64,000 nt of DNA from Candidatus Binatia bacterium (GCA_963666315.2 CAXXHG010000021.1:64001-128000); one strand, 5' to 3'. Positions 30,222 to 41,485 are shown, counted from the first letter of the stretch. Notes: generated by a model from the letters alone, not told the origin. A program made the numbers and translations.

Positions 30222-30440
30222 ATGGATAAAAGAGTAATCCCCACGAGCGCCCAGGAATACGTTGCTACTCTTCTCCAAAACAAAGTGGCCGAACCGTTGA
30301 GCGAGGATGCACTCAAAGAACTTGCCAGGCTGTATTCACTATTGACTGAAGGGCTAAATGCGCTCGACGCGTTTGACCTCAGTCGCGTTGAGCCCGCTGT
30401 GGGCTTTGTCATGGCGGAGGCAGACCGGAATGAAGGCTGA
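30222..30440 (+). CDS. Small GatC/AtzG-like amidase partner protein (putative)
   Basis: 72 aa, helical, ends LDAFDLSRVEPAVGF; GGAGG RBS; overlaps the amidase start by 11 bp. Confidence 0.55.
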   Translation: MDKRVIPTSAQEYVATLLQNKVAEPLSEDALKELARLYSLLTEGLNALDAFDLSRVEPAVGFVMAEADRNEG

Positions 30441-31857
30441 AGAACTGGCCTTTACGAGCATTGCCGAGCTAGCTCCTCTCATTCAGCGTAAAGAGGTCTC
30501 ACCCGTAGATGTCACACGCGTCCACCTGGACCGTATTGAACGCTTGAACGGCCAATTTCTTGCCTACCTTACCGTCCTGAAAGATGAAGCACTGGCAGCG
30601 GCGCGCAACGCGGAACACGCAATTATGCGTGGGCAGTATCGTGGTCCGCTGCACGGTATTCCCATAGCGCTCAAAGACCTTTTTGCAGTGAAGGGCGTGC
30701 GTTTGACGTGCGGCTCGAAGATTCTAGCCGATCATGTCGCAGACAAAGACGCCACCGTCGTTACCCGACTCAAACAAGCCGGGGCGATGCTGCTGGGAAA
30801 ACTCAATATGCACGAGTTCGCCTGGGGCGGCACGTCACTCAATCCCCACTACGGTACCCCAAAGAACCCGTGGGACCTGACTCGTCTTCCGGGCGGATCA
30901 AGCGGTGGGTCTGCCGTGGCCACGGCTGCGGGACTGGCCATGGGGACGCTGGGGACAGATACGGGAGGCTCAGTCCGTATTCCTGCTTCGCTCAGCGGCA
31001 TCGTTGGTCTAAAGCCTACCTATGGACGCGTCAGTCGGTTCGGTGTCTATCCGCTGAGCTCTTCTTGCGATCACGTTGGGCCGCTGGCTCGTACTGTCGC
31101 TGATGCGGCCGTGCTCCTGCAAGCCATAGCCGGTCCTGACCCCAAAGACTCGTCAGCCAGTCATGTAACAGTGCCAGATTATACGTCGGCTTTGAAAGAG
31201 GACGTTCGTGGACTGCGCCTTGGGGTCCCACAAGAGTATTTTTTTGAAGATGTCGAACCCGCAGTGCGGGATGGGGTGTATGCCGCTATACAACATTTGT
31301 CTTCCCTTGGCGCTGTAGTTGAAGAGGTCTCGATCCCAAGCATACAGCACGTTATCGCCAGCTCCACGGCTATCATTGCTGCGGAAGCGTACGAGGTCCA
31401 TGCTCAGACCCTGAAAACCCGTAGCCAAGACTACGGCTCTGATGTGCGGACGCGTCTTCTGCTCGGAGCCTGCATCCAGGCGTCGCAGTATCTCAAGGCC
31501 CAACGCTTTCGGACGCTCCTGCGTCAGGAGATGCTCGACATTCTCGGTCGGGTCGATGCGCTCGTTACGCCAACGACCTTGATCGCGGCAAGTAAGATAG
31601 ACGAACCCATAATCCATATTGGCGACAAGGAATTTGTGGTTGCCGCCCATATCGCTCGGGCAACACGGCCTTTCAATATGACTGGTCTACCGACCATTTC
31701 GGTGCCGTGTGGATTTACGCCTGATGGTCTACCGATCGGCCTTCAAATTATCGGTCGGCCGTTTGAGGAAACAACGGTCTTGCATGTCGCGTACGCCTAC
31801 GAGCAGAGCACGCCGTGGCATGAACGACATCCAACTAGTCACAAAGAGTTCTTATAG
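30430..31857 (+). CDS. Amidase signature amidase
   Basis: GIPIALKDL, GGSSGGS, GTDTGGSVRIPA; start MKAEELAF. Confidence 0.92.
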   Translation: MKAEELAFTSIAELAPLIQRKEVSPVDVTRVHLDRIERLNGQFLAYLTVLKDEALAAARNAEHAIMRGQYRGPLHGIPIALKDLFAVKGVRLTCGSKILADHVADKDATVVTRLKQAGAMLLGKLNMHEFAWGGTSLNPHYGTPKNPWDLTRLPGGSSGGSAVATAAGLAMGTLGTDTGGSVRIPASLSGIVGLKPTYGRVSRFGVYPLSSSCDHVGPLARTVADAAVLLQAIAGPDPKDSSASHVTVPDYTSALKEDVRGLRLGVPQEYFFEDVEPAVRDGVYAAIQHLSSLGAVVEEVSIPSIQHVIASSTAIIAAEAYEVHAQTLKTRSQDYGSDVRTRLLLGACIQASQYLKAQRFRTLLRQEMLDILGRVDALVTPTTLIAASKIDEPIIHIGDKEFVVAAHIARATRPFNMTGLPTISVPCGFTPDGLPIGLQIIGRPFEETTVLHVAYAYEQSTPWHERHPTSHKEFL

Positions 31858-33065
31858 ATCACCCCGTCTTTCATGACCAGGCACGGCCCGCCCGCCTCGG
31901 GCTGCAGGACGTTGACATCTTCAAGCGGATTTCCGTCAAAAACAACCAGGTCCGCGTCTGCCCCTGGAGCGACCGTGCCCAATTTTCCTTGCTGGTTCAG
32001 GATCTCGGCATTCACTGCAGTCGCTGAGTGGAGGATGTCAAAGGGACTGAGCACCTCACGTCGGATCAGGAACTCGCGGCATTGCTGGGCGTGTAAGACG
32101 CCCAGCAGATCGGTTCCGAAACCTAGCTTAATCCCGGCGGCTTTGCACAGCTCAATAGAGGTGAGCCCAGCGGTCTGGATTTCTTTGAGCTTAGCAATAT
32201 TGCTCGCAGGTAGGCCCAACTCCTGCCCCATTTCACCCAGGGTTTCATACGTGACAAGGGTTGGGACGACATACGCTCCCCGCTGGGCGACTAATTCTGC
32301 CGTTGGTTGGTCAATCAGATTGGCATGCTCGATGGATCGCACCCCAAGCTTCACTACGCGGGCAATGGCCTCCGCAGTATACGCGTGCGCCATGACATAG
32401 GTGCGCCGCGAGGCAGCTTCTTCGACCGCCGCGCGGATCTCCTCGTCCGAATATTGCAGCATCCACACCGGATCGGTTGGTGACGAGAGACCGCCTGTTG
32501 CCATGATTTTGATCGGATGCGCCCCTTTACGCAGCTCTTCTCGGGCTGCTTTGCGAACGGCGTCCACCCCGTCGACTACCTGCGATAGGCTGCCCTGAAA
32601 TCCACACCCGCAGGGCTCAAAATGCTTGACCGGACGTGTGTCCCCATGGCCGCCGGTTTGGCTCAAGGCGCGGCCTGAGAAAAATATGCGCGCCCCCTTG
32701 ATCAGGCCCTGCTCAACCGCGGCGGCCAGTCCGAAATCCGCGCCAGCCGCGTCACGTACGGTGGTAAAGCCGCGTTGCAGCGCACTTTCTAAAAGCGTCC
32801 GGGCGTGTTGACTCAGAAGGGACATCGGCCAATCGTCTAGGCTGGCGAGATTGACCTGGGCGGCATAGGCATGGAAATGGGCGTCGATCAGACCGGGCAT
32901 AAGAAAACGGCCGCCCAGGTTTATTTCTTGGGCATTTGCGGTCTTGAGCGGACGATCGGAGATCTCCTTGATCTCCGGATCTTCGATATATACATCCGCC
33001 CCTTCTAGAAGCTCGGGACTGTGGCCATCGAAGATGACACAATCGTGTAGGACTATCGTGCTCAT
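31839..33065 (-). CDS. Metal-dependent amidohydrolase (Xaa-Pro dipeptidase-like)
   Basis: MPGLIDAHFH, GFTTVRDAAG, IKIMATGG, AHAY, SIEH, FGTDL. Confidence 0.9.
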   Translation of the reverse strand: MSTIVLHDCVIFDGHSPELLEGADVYIEDPEIKEISDRPLKTANAQEINLGGRFLMPGLIDAHFHAYAAQVNLASLDDWPMSLLSQHARTLLESALQRGFTTVRDAAGADFGLAAAVEQGLIKGARIFFSGRALSQTGGHGDTRPVKHFEPCGCGFQGSLSQVVDGVDAVRKAAREELRKGAHPIKIMATGGLSSPTDPVWMLQYSDEEIRAAVEEAASRRTYVMAHAYTAEAIARVVKLGVRSIEHANLIDQPTAELVAQRGAYVVPTLVTYETLGEMGQELGLPASNIAKLKEIQTAGLTSIELCKAAGIKLGFGTDLLGVLHAQQCREFLIRREVLSPFDILHSATAVNAEILNQQGKLGTVAPGADADLVVFDGNPLEDVNVLQPEAGGPCLVMKDGVIYKNSL

Positions 33066-33201
33066 GTCCGCCTCCTTCGCTTTTCCTCACCCTCCTACAA
33101 TGTTTTATTATGCATTGGAATGGTTATGGGTTGCGCTTGATACGTATTCCACACGACGGCTATCCAAAAACGCTGTCTGGCACTCTTCGGAGAAAAACCC
33201 A

Positions 33202-33310
33202 AATGAAAATGGAACCGTTCAAAGATCCGAGCCATCTATTGGAGGTCGAACGCTTGGTCTACCATGCCCAGCGACCAGGATTTCGTATCGCCGAGCTGCA
33301 GCTTTCATCG
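33202..33310 (+). pseudogene. N-terminal remnant of a cupin-domain protein
   Basis: KDPSHLLEVERLVYHAQRPGFRIAELQLS; similarity is lost after this point. Confidence 0.4.
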
Positions 33311-33389
33311 CCGTACCACTCGTCCTATTCCACCTGTGAAAGAACAGGGGAGTCGAGCGCCTGGCTTTCGTTTGCTGCGGATAAGCGGG

Positions 33390-34115
33390 TCCTTCCCTTC
33401 GTTCGGCCCAAAGGGAGACGCACTGAGTTTCACACAAGACTTTCGCACGATTGCCCGCATGCGGATTGATGGCTCAGACCGTCTGGAGGTCTTCTCGCCT
33501 GCGTTCGCTCCGGCCTGGTATCCGCAAGGCAATACCATCGCCTTTACGAGAGGCCGAGTCTTTGCTGCCAGCAACACAGATAACGAAATCTATCTCACCG
33601 CCCCTGATGGTTCATATGTCCGCAATGTCACCCAGCATCCAGCAAACGATGCCCTGCCAAGCTGGTCCCCCGATAGCCAGCGGCTCGGTTTTCGCTCAAC
33701 CCGCGACGGGAACAAAGAGCTGTACATCATAGGGAAGGATGGGACAGGCTTGACTCGCCTGACCTCCTCACCAGGCACCGATACGTTTCCCCACTGGTCT
33801 CCTGGAGGCAACCGGATCGTCTTTACCAGCAACCGCAGCAGCGACTTTGAGATCTATACGATCCGGCCTGATGGCAGCGACCTCAGACAACTCACCCACT
33901 CACCAGGTCTGGACATGCATCCGCTCTGGTCACCTGATGGCCAGTAGATTTGTTTTGCCAGCGCCTGAGGCGGTTTTAAAGATGAACAGCCGCTCACTGG
34001 CAATCCACAGCCATACGGAGATCTCTACCTCATGCGGTCTGACGGCTCGGCGGTCCAGCCGCTCACCGACGATCAATTTGAAGACGGTACCCCCGGCTGG
34101 GCGCCCCTGCCGTAG
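33390..34115 (+). pseudogene. TolB-like PD40/WD40 beta-propeller remnant
   Basis: Repeated PxWSPDG...F.S.R.G..EIY motifs; in-frame TAG 33945-33947 and TGA 33966-33968; N-terminus missing. Confidence 0.8.
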
Positions 34116-34485
34116 GGGGATGCCGGCAACGATAAGGGGGAAAGTAGGCCACTTGAAAGTGAAAGGGAAGTGATTCTCAAAACTTACCACTCCTGAAGTA
34201 ACAGTAAGTGAGAGATGAAGGGAAGGCGGTTGCGGCCGGCTCGCTGTCTGGTCCGCGATCTCGCTCGGCAGTTGGAACAATCCCGTATTTCTTGCCACTT
34301 ATGGGCAACAACCATAGCGAGGTGTATCTGTTTTAGTGGGTATCGTGTACCGTCCCGTCTCGCGATGCGGCCCAATTCCTGGCGAATCGTTGCCGTCGCC
34401 CAGAGGCGCGTGCCTGAGCACTACTTGTCCACCTGCGCAGCTGGGCATACCGTAAAGCTGGAATCCGACAAAGGAGGCTGGATCC

Positions 34486-35280
34486 ATGCTCACGCAGGAC
34501 CGATATCAGACGATTCTCATCGAGAAGGGTACGAGTGGCGTCGCGGTCGCGACCCTCAACCGCCCCGAGAAGCTGAACGCCATCAATGCAAGGATGCATA
34601 CCGAGCTGACCACGCTGACCCTCGACGCCGACGCCGACCCGGACGTGAAGGTTCTGCTCGTCACGGGGGCAGGGCGCGCATTTTGCGCCGGGGGTGACTT
34701 CAGCGGTCAGCAGGGGTCTCCCGTCACTGGCGGCGGACAGACGATGCGCGAAGCGCGACAGATCGTCGACAATCTTCTGGATTGCTCGAAGCCCGTCATT
34801 AGCGCGGTCAACGGCTATGCCATGGGACTCGGGGCGAACTTTGCGCTTCTGGCCGATATCGTGGTGGCGGCCCGTGGCGCGACGTTTGCCGATACCCACG
34901 TCCGCATGGGTATTGGTGCCGGTGACGGCGGGCAGGTGATCTGGCCGCTGCTCATGGGTGTGAATCGCGCCAAGTATTTCCTGATGACGGGCGATCGCCT
35001 TCCTGCAGAAGAGGCGGAACGCTTGGGGCTGGTCAATTTCGTCGTCGACGATGAGGAGCTCATGCCGAAGGCCATGGAAATTGCGGAGCGACTCGCCAGC
35101 GGACCGGCCCGCGCGATCTCGGCATCCAAGGTGCCCATCAACAAATACATCAAGATGGTCTCGAATCTGGTGCTCCCACTGTCTCTCAGCCTCGAAGGGG
35201 CAACTATGGGGACCGGAGACGCCCGCGAGGCGGCACAGGCTTTCAGAGAGAAGCGCGAGTCGAAGTTCACAGGAAGTTAG
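34486..35280 (+). CDS. Enoyl-CoA hydratase/isomerase
   Basis: LNRPEKLNA, AFCAGGD, SAVNGYAMGLG, AGDGG. Confidence 0.92.
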   Translation: MLTQDRYQTILIEKGTSGVAVATLNRPEKLNAINARMHTELTTLTLDADADPDVKVLLVTGAGRAFCAGGDFSGQQGSPVTGGGQTMREARQIVDNLLDCSKPVISAVNGYAMGLGANFALLADIVVAARGATFADTHVRMGIGAGDGGQVIWPLLMGVNRAKYFLMTGDRLPAEEAERLGLVNFVVDDEELMPKAMEIAERLASGPARAISASKVPINKYIKMVSNLVLPLSLSLEGATMGTGDAREAAQAFREKRESKFTGS

Positions 35281-36137
35281 TGAACCGCCCTTCCTTGAAA
35301 TTGTGGAAGAAAGGCGGCGTACGTATCGAGCAGCGGCATAACGGTGTCTGCCGACTCAGGCGGCAGGAAAAAAATAGCTCGTTCGACTCCCATGTCCTGA
35401 TACTGCTGCAAAACGGTTGCATCATCCGGGGCCATAAAGATCGAAACAGACAGGTCGTCTACCCGCCGACCAGCTTGCTCGGCCTGACTGCGGAGCTTGT
35501 GTATCGCTCCCGGCAAGTCTTGCACTGTCGCGCCAACCGGCAGCCAGCCGTCGCAATAATTAATTACGCGGTGCAGTCCGGCGGAGAAGAGAGTGCCCAG
35601 AAGAATAGGCGGGTAGGGCTGCTGGATGGGCTTCGGGTAGGCCCAGATCGGGTCAAAGTCCACGAACTCACCATGATACTCAGCTTCATCCTGAGTCCAA
35701 ATCACTTTCATGGCTTCAATTTTTTCACGCAGAATCTTCCAGCGCTGATGAAACGGAACACCATGATTTTCCATCTCCTCGGCATTCCAGCCACCTCCAA
35801 TACCAAATAAAAAACGGCCATTGCACAGTTGATCGAAAGACGCGACCTCTTTGGCCAACATGATAGGGTCACGTTGTACAGCGAGACAAACACCACTGCC
35901 GAGTTTAATCGTCTTTGTGGCTGCCGCTGCGAGAGTGAGGGCAATAAAAAGATCGTGCGTATGCGCATACTCCTGAGGCAGTTCACCGCCCGTGGGCACA
36001 GGCGAACGTCGACTCGTAGGAATATGGCTATGTTCGGGAAACCAGAGTGACTCAAAACCGCGCTCTTCACACGCCAGGGCTAAGTCATTAGGCCGCATAG
36101 AGTAATCGGTCGGAGACATGGTGACACCGAGTTTCAT
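35277..36137 (-). CDS. LLM-class F420-dependent oxidoreductase (Rv2161c-like)
   Basis: ESLWFPEHSHIP, LAKEVAS, GIGGGWNAEEMENHG. Confidence 0.92.
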   Translation of the reverse strand: MKLGVTMSPTDYSMRPNDLALACEERGFESLWFPEHSHIPTSRRSPVPTGGELPQEYAHTHDLFIALTLAAAATKTIKLGSGVCLAVQRDPIMLAKEVASFDQLCNGRFLFGIGGGWNAEEMENHGVPFHQRWKILREKIEAMKVIWTQDEAEYHGEFVDFDPIWAYPKPIQQPYPPILLGTLFSAGLHRVINYCDGWLPVGATVQDLPGAIHKLRSQAEQAGRRVDDLSVSIFMAPDDATVLQQYQDMGVERAIFFLPPESADTVMPLLDTYAAFLPQFQGRAVH

Positions 36138-36296
36138 ACCTACATCCTTAGTGGGCCAGATTATCCTGCTAAAGGGTAGAGATTGTCAAATGCTGTAGCA
36201 TTTGCAACAACCGTGAGAACCTAATTGACACGGCTCTCTGAATGGCTGACTCTTTTTTCAGAGGTTGGATTTTACTCCGGGAAAAGAGGGCTTCGC

Positions 36297-37211
36297 ATGA
36301 CAGCGCGTCACACACTCGTCGTCACAGTTTGCGGACTAGGCCTGCTCATTGGTGCCGGTGCACTGGGCCAGCATTTTGCTTCTGAAACACCAGGTGAGCC
36401 TGGGAATGAGCAGGCTAGTCAGATGCTGCTCTCTCCCTCTCCTACAGCTTCTGCCTTGTCTCAACCGCTACCAGGAAAGCCCGTCGAGTCGGCTGCCGCT
36501 GCGCCATCTTCTGAGCAGACCTCCTTGCAAACACGCCGTCTAGAGGAACGCTTAGCCGCTCTCACCGATTAAGTGGCTATTTTGACACAAACCGTCTCTC
36601 GTCTGGACCGAGCAGCGACACAACGGGCACAACGTCCTTCCCGCCAGGTCGATGCTGCGAGGTTGACTGCCGCCGGGTTCGACCCCGCAACTGCTGCGAC
36701 TCTCGTCAAACAGCTGAATCAGTCTGCCTTGGATAAAATGTATTTGCGCGACCAAGCGATGCGAGAAGGGTGGCTGGGTACGGAAAATTATCAGGATGGC
36801 GCGCTGAACTACAGCAGGAGGCTGAGGCTCTGTGGGCTGAGCTTGATGAGCGTGACCATGACCGCCTCCTGTATGCCACGGGTAAATCCAACCGTGTCAC
36901 TGTGGAATCCGTGATCGGTGAGTCCGCGGCTGCGTGGGGGGCGGCTTCAGGCCGGAGACCGTATTCTGCGCTATGCAGGCGGGCGGGTGTACGGATGGTC
37001 AGACCTGTGCCAGGCCAGCTCAGCGGGTGAGGCCGGTGCTCTGGTACCCATCCAAATTGAACGTGATGGCCGCATCCTCGACTTGTCGATTGAGCGTGGT
37101 CCTTTAGGTATACGGCTGGGTGTCGAGTCGGTTCATCCTGAGGCGGGTTTTGAGTCGCCCCAGTGCGTGCATTTCAAGAGGAAGCGGAAGGCCAAACTTA
37201 GCCTGACGTGA
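36297..37211 (+). pseudogene. Membrane-anchored PDZ-domain protein, disrupted
   Basis: TAA at 36570-36572 plus frameshifts near 36795 and 36935; PDZ segment LQAGDRILRYAGGRV...IERDG...GPLGIRL. Confidence 0.7.
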
Positions 37212-37686
37212 TAAGCGGCTCGGCTGACACAATGATGCCGTTATTATCGGCATACACAAACTCGCCCGGACGAAAGGTGACTCCTCCGAAAGTGACGGAG
37301 ACATCCCGGTCGCCAACGCCGCGTTTCTTTGTTCGTACGGGGATGACGCCGAGCGCTTGTACTCCAAGATCCAATGCTCGGATGGCATCCACATCACGGA
37401 TGCAGCCAAAGATAATACACCCCTCCCAGCCGTTCCGGAGTGCAGTGGCCGCAATCATATCGCCGAGTAAAGCACAGCGCATGGAGCCGCCCCCGTTCAC
37501 AACCAATACTTTCCCTAGACCCGGCTTCCCGGCGGTTTCTTTCACCAGGGAATTATCTTCATGACACTTGACGGTCACAATCTCGCCGCCGAAGCAGACC
37601 TTGCCGCCGTAATTCGTAAACAGCGGTTCAACAATACGGACGAGATCCGGGTGCGCGTCACACAGATCTGTGGTCAGGAATTGCAT
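37198..37686 (-). CDS. rraA: RraA / HMG aldolase family protein
   Basis: [43 protein letters not shown]. Confidence 0.9.
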   Translation of the reverse strand: MQFLTTDLCDAHPDLVRIVEPLFTNYGGKVCFGGEIVTVKCHEDNSLVKETAGKPGLGKVLVVNGGGSMRCALLGDMIAATALRNGWEGCIIFGCIRDVDAIRALDLGVQALGVIPVRTKKRGVGDRDVSVTFGGVTFRPGEFVYADNNGIIVSAEPLITSG

Positions 37687-37764
37687 AGGGATCGGCTTCT
37701 CGCAATCCTCCGCCGCTTAGAGCACAAGCAGTTGTATGTGTATAGGGTGCTGACTCGGAGAAAC

Positions 37765-37800
37765 CGCTCACCCGTGCCGTTCACGCGGCACGGGTGAGCG
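37765..37800 (-). terminator. Rho-independent terminator of the cupin gene
   Basis: 15-bp perfect stem cgctcacccgtgccg/cggcacgggtgagcg followed by gtttct on the minus strand. Confidence 0.65.
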
Positions 37801-37834
37801 TGAAGAGACTTGGTAAAGCCCCATACAAACTGTT

Positions 37835-38341
37835 TCAGGCGGCTTTTCTGCGACTCCCACGGGTTTTGGCTGTGGCTCTCTTTTTCGCGGCCCGCTTCGC
37901 CTTGGCCTTGGCCCGCTTCTTCTTCGCCTCATCTACCATCAACTGAATGGCCCGCCAGTCCAGCACATGGGCAATATTGCCATTCTCGTCGTGGAAGCCG
38001 ACCGGGCCGTAGACGTTGGCCAGATAGACCGTATCAACCGGATGTGAGGTCGCTTCATGCACGGCGCCTGCTGGTTCGTAGACCCAATCTCCAGCTCGGG
38101 CGGACCCGCCCCGATAGTCAAAGCCGCCAGAGATGACGTAAAAATCGGCCGGGCCTAAATGCGTATGGGGCGGGTTCACTTGCCCCTTTTTGGCTCTGAT
38201 GAGGGCACTCCAAGCGCCCGTCTCTTTACTGATCCGCAGCACTTTAAATTCATTCCCATCCCCACTTTGGATCCATGGCTTTTTGTCCGTACGGATCAAA
38301 GCCGAATCCAGTGGATCAAATACCTGCTTGGCTGTAGCCAT
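37835..38341 (-). CDS. ChrR/2,4'-dihydroxyacetophenone dioxygenase-like cupin with Lys/Ala/Arg-rich tail
   Basis: PPHTHLGP...YEPAGAVHE; C-terminal AKKKRAKAKAKRAAKK. Confidence 0.8.
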   Translation of the reverse strand: MATAKQVFDPLDSALIRTDKKPWIQSGDGNEFKVLRISKETGAWSALIRAKKGQVNPPHTHLGPADFYVISGGFDYRGGSARAGDWVYEPAGAVHEATSHPVDTVYLANVYGPVGFHDENGNIAHVLDWRAIQLMVDEAKKKRAKAKAKRAAKKRATAKTRGSRRKAA

Positions 38342-38517
38342 TGTGTGTTCCTCCCTTAGCGTTCAATTAGCCCGGCATTCTAGAGGGGTAGGGTGAGAGC
38401 GCGCAAGGGGTACGAGGCCGACACGACTCCTGATTTGTCTGCCGGAGTGCCAGAGTGCTGGAGTGGCCGAGTGAATGTATCAATGTGTCTTGGCTGCTGC
38501 CCTCACTCCGTGTCATC

Positions 38518-39141
38518 TCAGACGCTGTCGCATATCGTCTGTATGCGCGCTTGAACATCTTTGCCCACCAGCTGTGCGCTGCCCGCTGCGGTCACATACA
38601 CCTGCGAAGGCCCGTGCGATGCTCGCCCCGGCATAAAAATGGAAATGAGGTAGAGCTGCTTGCCTGACTCTGGCAATGCTTCCTTTGATTTGCCTCCCTG
38701 CGTAGCATGGAGCATGCGTAAATGCTGAAGATGCTCGCCGAGGCTACGCTGAGCGCTGCGGGCCTCAGCCTCTAAGAGCGCGCAAGCGGCTCTATTATTG
38801 GGCCGATTCCTTCCCAGCGAGACGACAAGGGGGGGCGACGTCCGGCTCGCTTTAGAGCTGGCATAGCGTGCTGCGTAGACAACCACCCTATCCGCACTGG
38901 CTGGGTCGCCACTCTTTTTGAGGTCGTTAATCAGACCCGCTATTTCATCCGCCATATCTGACAGCTCATTGCGAGTGTGGGTCAGTTGGATCAGGACAGG
39001 GACAGCCTCGTTGATCAAAAATGTGATGTGACCCCGTCCGAGATAGCCAAGCACGGCGCCGCCCAGCATAAGCATGGCCGACCAAAGAAAACGACTTCGC
39101 TTTTTCGGTTGGGCCAGGGGAAAGACTTGCTGTTCACTCAT
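38518..39141 (-). CDS. Hypothetical protein with N-terminal TM anchor
   Basis: 207-aa ORF with a hydrophobic segment at about residues 19-35; no family recognised. Confidence 0.55.
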   Translation of the reverse strand: MSEQQVFPLAQPKKRSRFLWSAMLMLGGAVLGYLGRGHITFLINEAVPVLIQLTHTRNELSDMADEIAGLINDLKKSGDPASADRVVVYAARYASSKASRTSPPLVVSLGRNRPNNRAACALLEAEARSAQRSLGEHLQHLRMLHATQGGKSKEALPESGKQLYLISIFMPGRASHGPSQVYVTAAGSAQLVGKDVQARIQTICDSV

Positions 39142-39404
39142 GCGGTCTTGCTGCGGTCTGCGCCATGCGTGTCACAAGAGTCACTCGGCGGCGAGCCGGA
39201 TGACCCTTACTCTCTCTTTAGCTTGCACGTTTATACAAATTCTTTCAACAATGCATTGGCTTTGCCCGGGCAGCCGTGTCTTCAATGTGTGACAAGAGCG
39301 GAGCGACGCAAGGCAGAATCATCTCCGGAGCGTCTTTACTCAGTGAGCCAATCCAGCATAAGTTTACAGGGATCAGTTTGTCTGCTGACGAGGGGGGCGA
39401 GATA

Positions 39405-40532
39405 ATGCAGAACCGTTTTGTCATCATCGGGGCAGGGATGGCTGGTGCATCGGTCGGCTACTGGTTGTCTCAGCATGCGGACGTCCTGGTACTGGAGCGT
39501 GAGAGCCAGCCGGGCTATCACACGACCGGCCGCTCAGCGGCGATGTTCATTGAAACCTACGGCCCACCGTTGGTCCGGGCGCTTACCGTGGGTAGCCGAC
39601 CATTCTACGAAGCTCCACCTCCGGGTTTCACTGAACAGCCTATCCTCACCCGGCGTGGTGTACTCCAAATCGGCGACCAAGCGCACCAAGCTCTGCTCGA
39701 TAAATGCTATGCTATTGCTCGCGACGTGGGTTCCGAGGTGTATCGCCTGTCGCCATCCGAAGCCCTGGCTCACGTGCCGGTGTTACGCGCCGAGCGCTTA
39801 GCCGGGGCAATTTACGAACCGGATCCAACTGACATCGACGTGCATGCGTTACACCAGGGGTTTCTGAAAGGCATCAAGCAGCATGGCGGCGAGATCATGA
39901 CATCGGCAGAAGTCACGGAGCTCGCCCACAAGAACGGAGTCTGGCAGATTGCAACAACTGCGGGCGTCTTCACGGCCGCGACGCTCATCAATGCCGCCGG
40001 TGCTTGGTGTGACGAGACTGCCAAGCTGGCCGGTATCCCGCCGGTCGGACTCGTGCCCAAACGCCGCAGCGCGTTCATATTCGCCCCACCCGAGAACGTG
40101 GACGAGATAGCCCAGTGGCCGGTGGTTGTGGCAGTCGACGAGTTGTTCTATTTCAAGCCAGAGGCAGGCATGCTGCTGGGCTCGCCGGCTAACGCCGACC
40201 CGATGGTGCCGCATGACGTCCGGCCCGAGGAAATCGATATTGCAACCGGGATATTTCGGATTGAAGAAGCCACCAGCATGACGATCCGCCGACCGACTCG
40301 AACCTGGGCGGGCTTACGCTCCTTTGTTCCTGACGGGGAGTTGGTTGGCGGGTTTGATACAGCGGCACCGAGGTTCTTTTGGCTGGCCGGCCAGGGTGGC
40401 TATGGCATCCAGACCGCAGGGGCTATGGGCCAGGCGTGCGGTGCCATACTCCTCGGCCAGCCCATGCCCGAGCCTCTTGCCGCGCTGGGGATCTCGGCCG
40501 AACGGCTGTCCCCGCAACGATTGCGTGGCTGA
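39405..40532 (+). CDS. FAD-dependent oxidoreductase (D-amino acid/D-arginine dehydrogenase-like)
   Basis: IIGAGMAGAS, GYHTTGRSAA, NAAGAW, WAGLRSF, GQGGYGIQT. Confidence 0.9.
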   Translation: MQNRFVIIGAGMAGASVGYWLSQHADVLVLERESQPGYHTTGRSAAMFIETYGPPLVRALTVGSRPFYEAPPPGFTEQPILTRRGVLQIGDQAHQALLDKCYAIARDVGSEVYRLSPSEALAHVPVLRAERLAGAIYEPDPTDIDVHALHQGFLKGIKQHGGEIMTSAEVTELAHKNGVWQIATTAGVFTAATLINAAGAWCDETAKLAGIPPVGLVPKRRSAFIFAPPENVDEIAQWPVVVAVDELFYFKPEAGMLLGSPANADPMVPHDVRPEEIDIATGIFRIEEATSMTIRRPTRTWAGLRSFVPDGELVGGFDTAAPRFFWLAGQGGYGIQTAGAMGQACGAILLGQPMPEPLAALGISAERLSPQRLRG

Positions 40533-40662
40533 CATTTGTCAGCGGACACCCGAAAAGATTGACATGTGAGTTGTTGCCACCGTATAGCATACCTCATCTA
40601 TCGCTTCCCACGGATCGATTTGAGCATTTGATCAAGAAATTCAAACCGAAATGGAAAAGGAC

Positions 40663-41485
40663 ATGAGCTACTACGACCTCGGCGCATTGAAACGAAGCAT
40701 CACCACCCATTCTCCGGAGGCCCAGTTATGGTTCGATCGGGGGCTTAACTGGTTAACCACCAGGAGGCGATTGAATGCTTTGCAAAGGCGATTGAAAACG
40801 ATCCAACGTGCGCCATGGCGTATTGGGGTGTCGCCTATGCCCCTGGTCCTAATTATAACCTACCATGGGATCTCTACGATCTCTACGATCCGGCTGGCAA
40901 GGCGCAGGCGTTTGGCGCGGTTTACGACGCGACGCAGTTGGCGCTGTCACATGCTCATAGCGCAACGGCGCTTGAGCAGGATTTAATCCGTGCATTGCCT
41001 GTGCGCTATCCACAGCGCAACCCGATCGAAGACCAATCAGGCTGGAATGACGATTTCGCCGACACCATGCGCAGTGTGTACGAGGCGTATCCGGACGACC
41101 CCGACGTGTGCACGATCTTTGTCGAAGCGATCATGAACCGAACCCCGTGGCGGATGTGGGACCTAAAAAGCGGCGGCATTGCACCAGGCGCCGGTACGGC
41201 CGAGGCTGTAGAGGTGTTGGAGAAGGCGTGTGCTAACATTCCGGCATCTTGGGACCATCCAGGCCTGCTACATCTTTACGTCCATCTGATGGAGATGTCC
41301 CCGTTCCCACAGAAAGCGTTGCGTGCGGCGGACCAATTACGCGAATTGGTTCCGGATGCCGGGCATCTCATTCACATGGCGACGCATATCGACGTGCTCT
41401 GCGGTCAGTATCATGATGTGGCGGTGTATAACGAGAAGGCAACCATCGCCGACCGGAAATACCTTGAGCGCGCAGGCGCCCGGAA
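40663..41485 (+). pseudogene. TPR-containing protein, frameshifted and 3'-truncated
   Basis: YDLG...EAQLWFDRGLNW | NHQEAIECF...AMAYWGVAYA.GPNYN...HPGLLHLYVHLME...HLIHMATHID; frameshift near 40755. Confidence 0.75.

Noticed and set aside
30430-31857. Housekeeping gatA
   Set aside because: No gatB is adjacent and the sequence resembles catabolic amidases such as the 14138 paralog
34184-34375. Possible transposase C-terminal remnant
   Set aside because: Resemblance too weak to assign without a search
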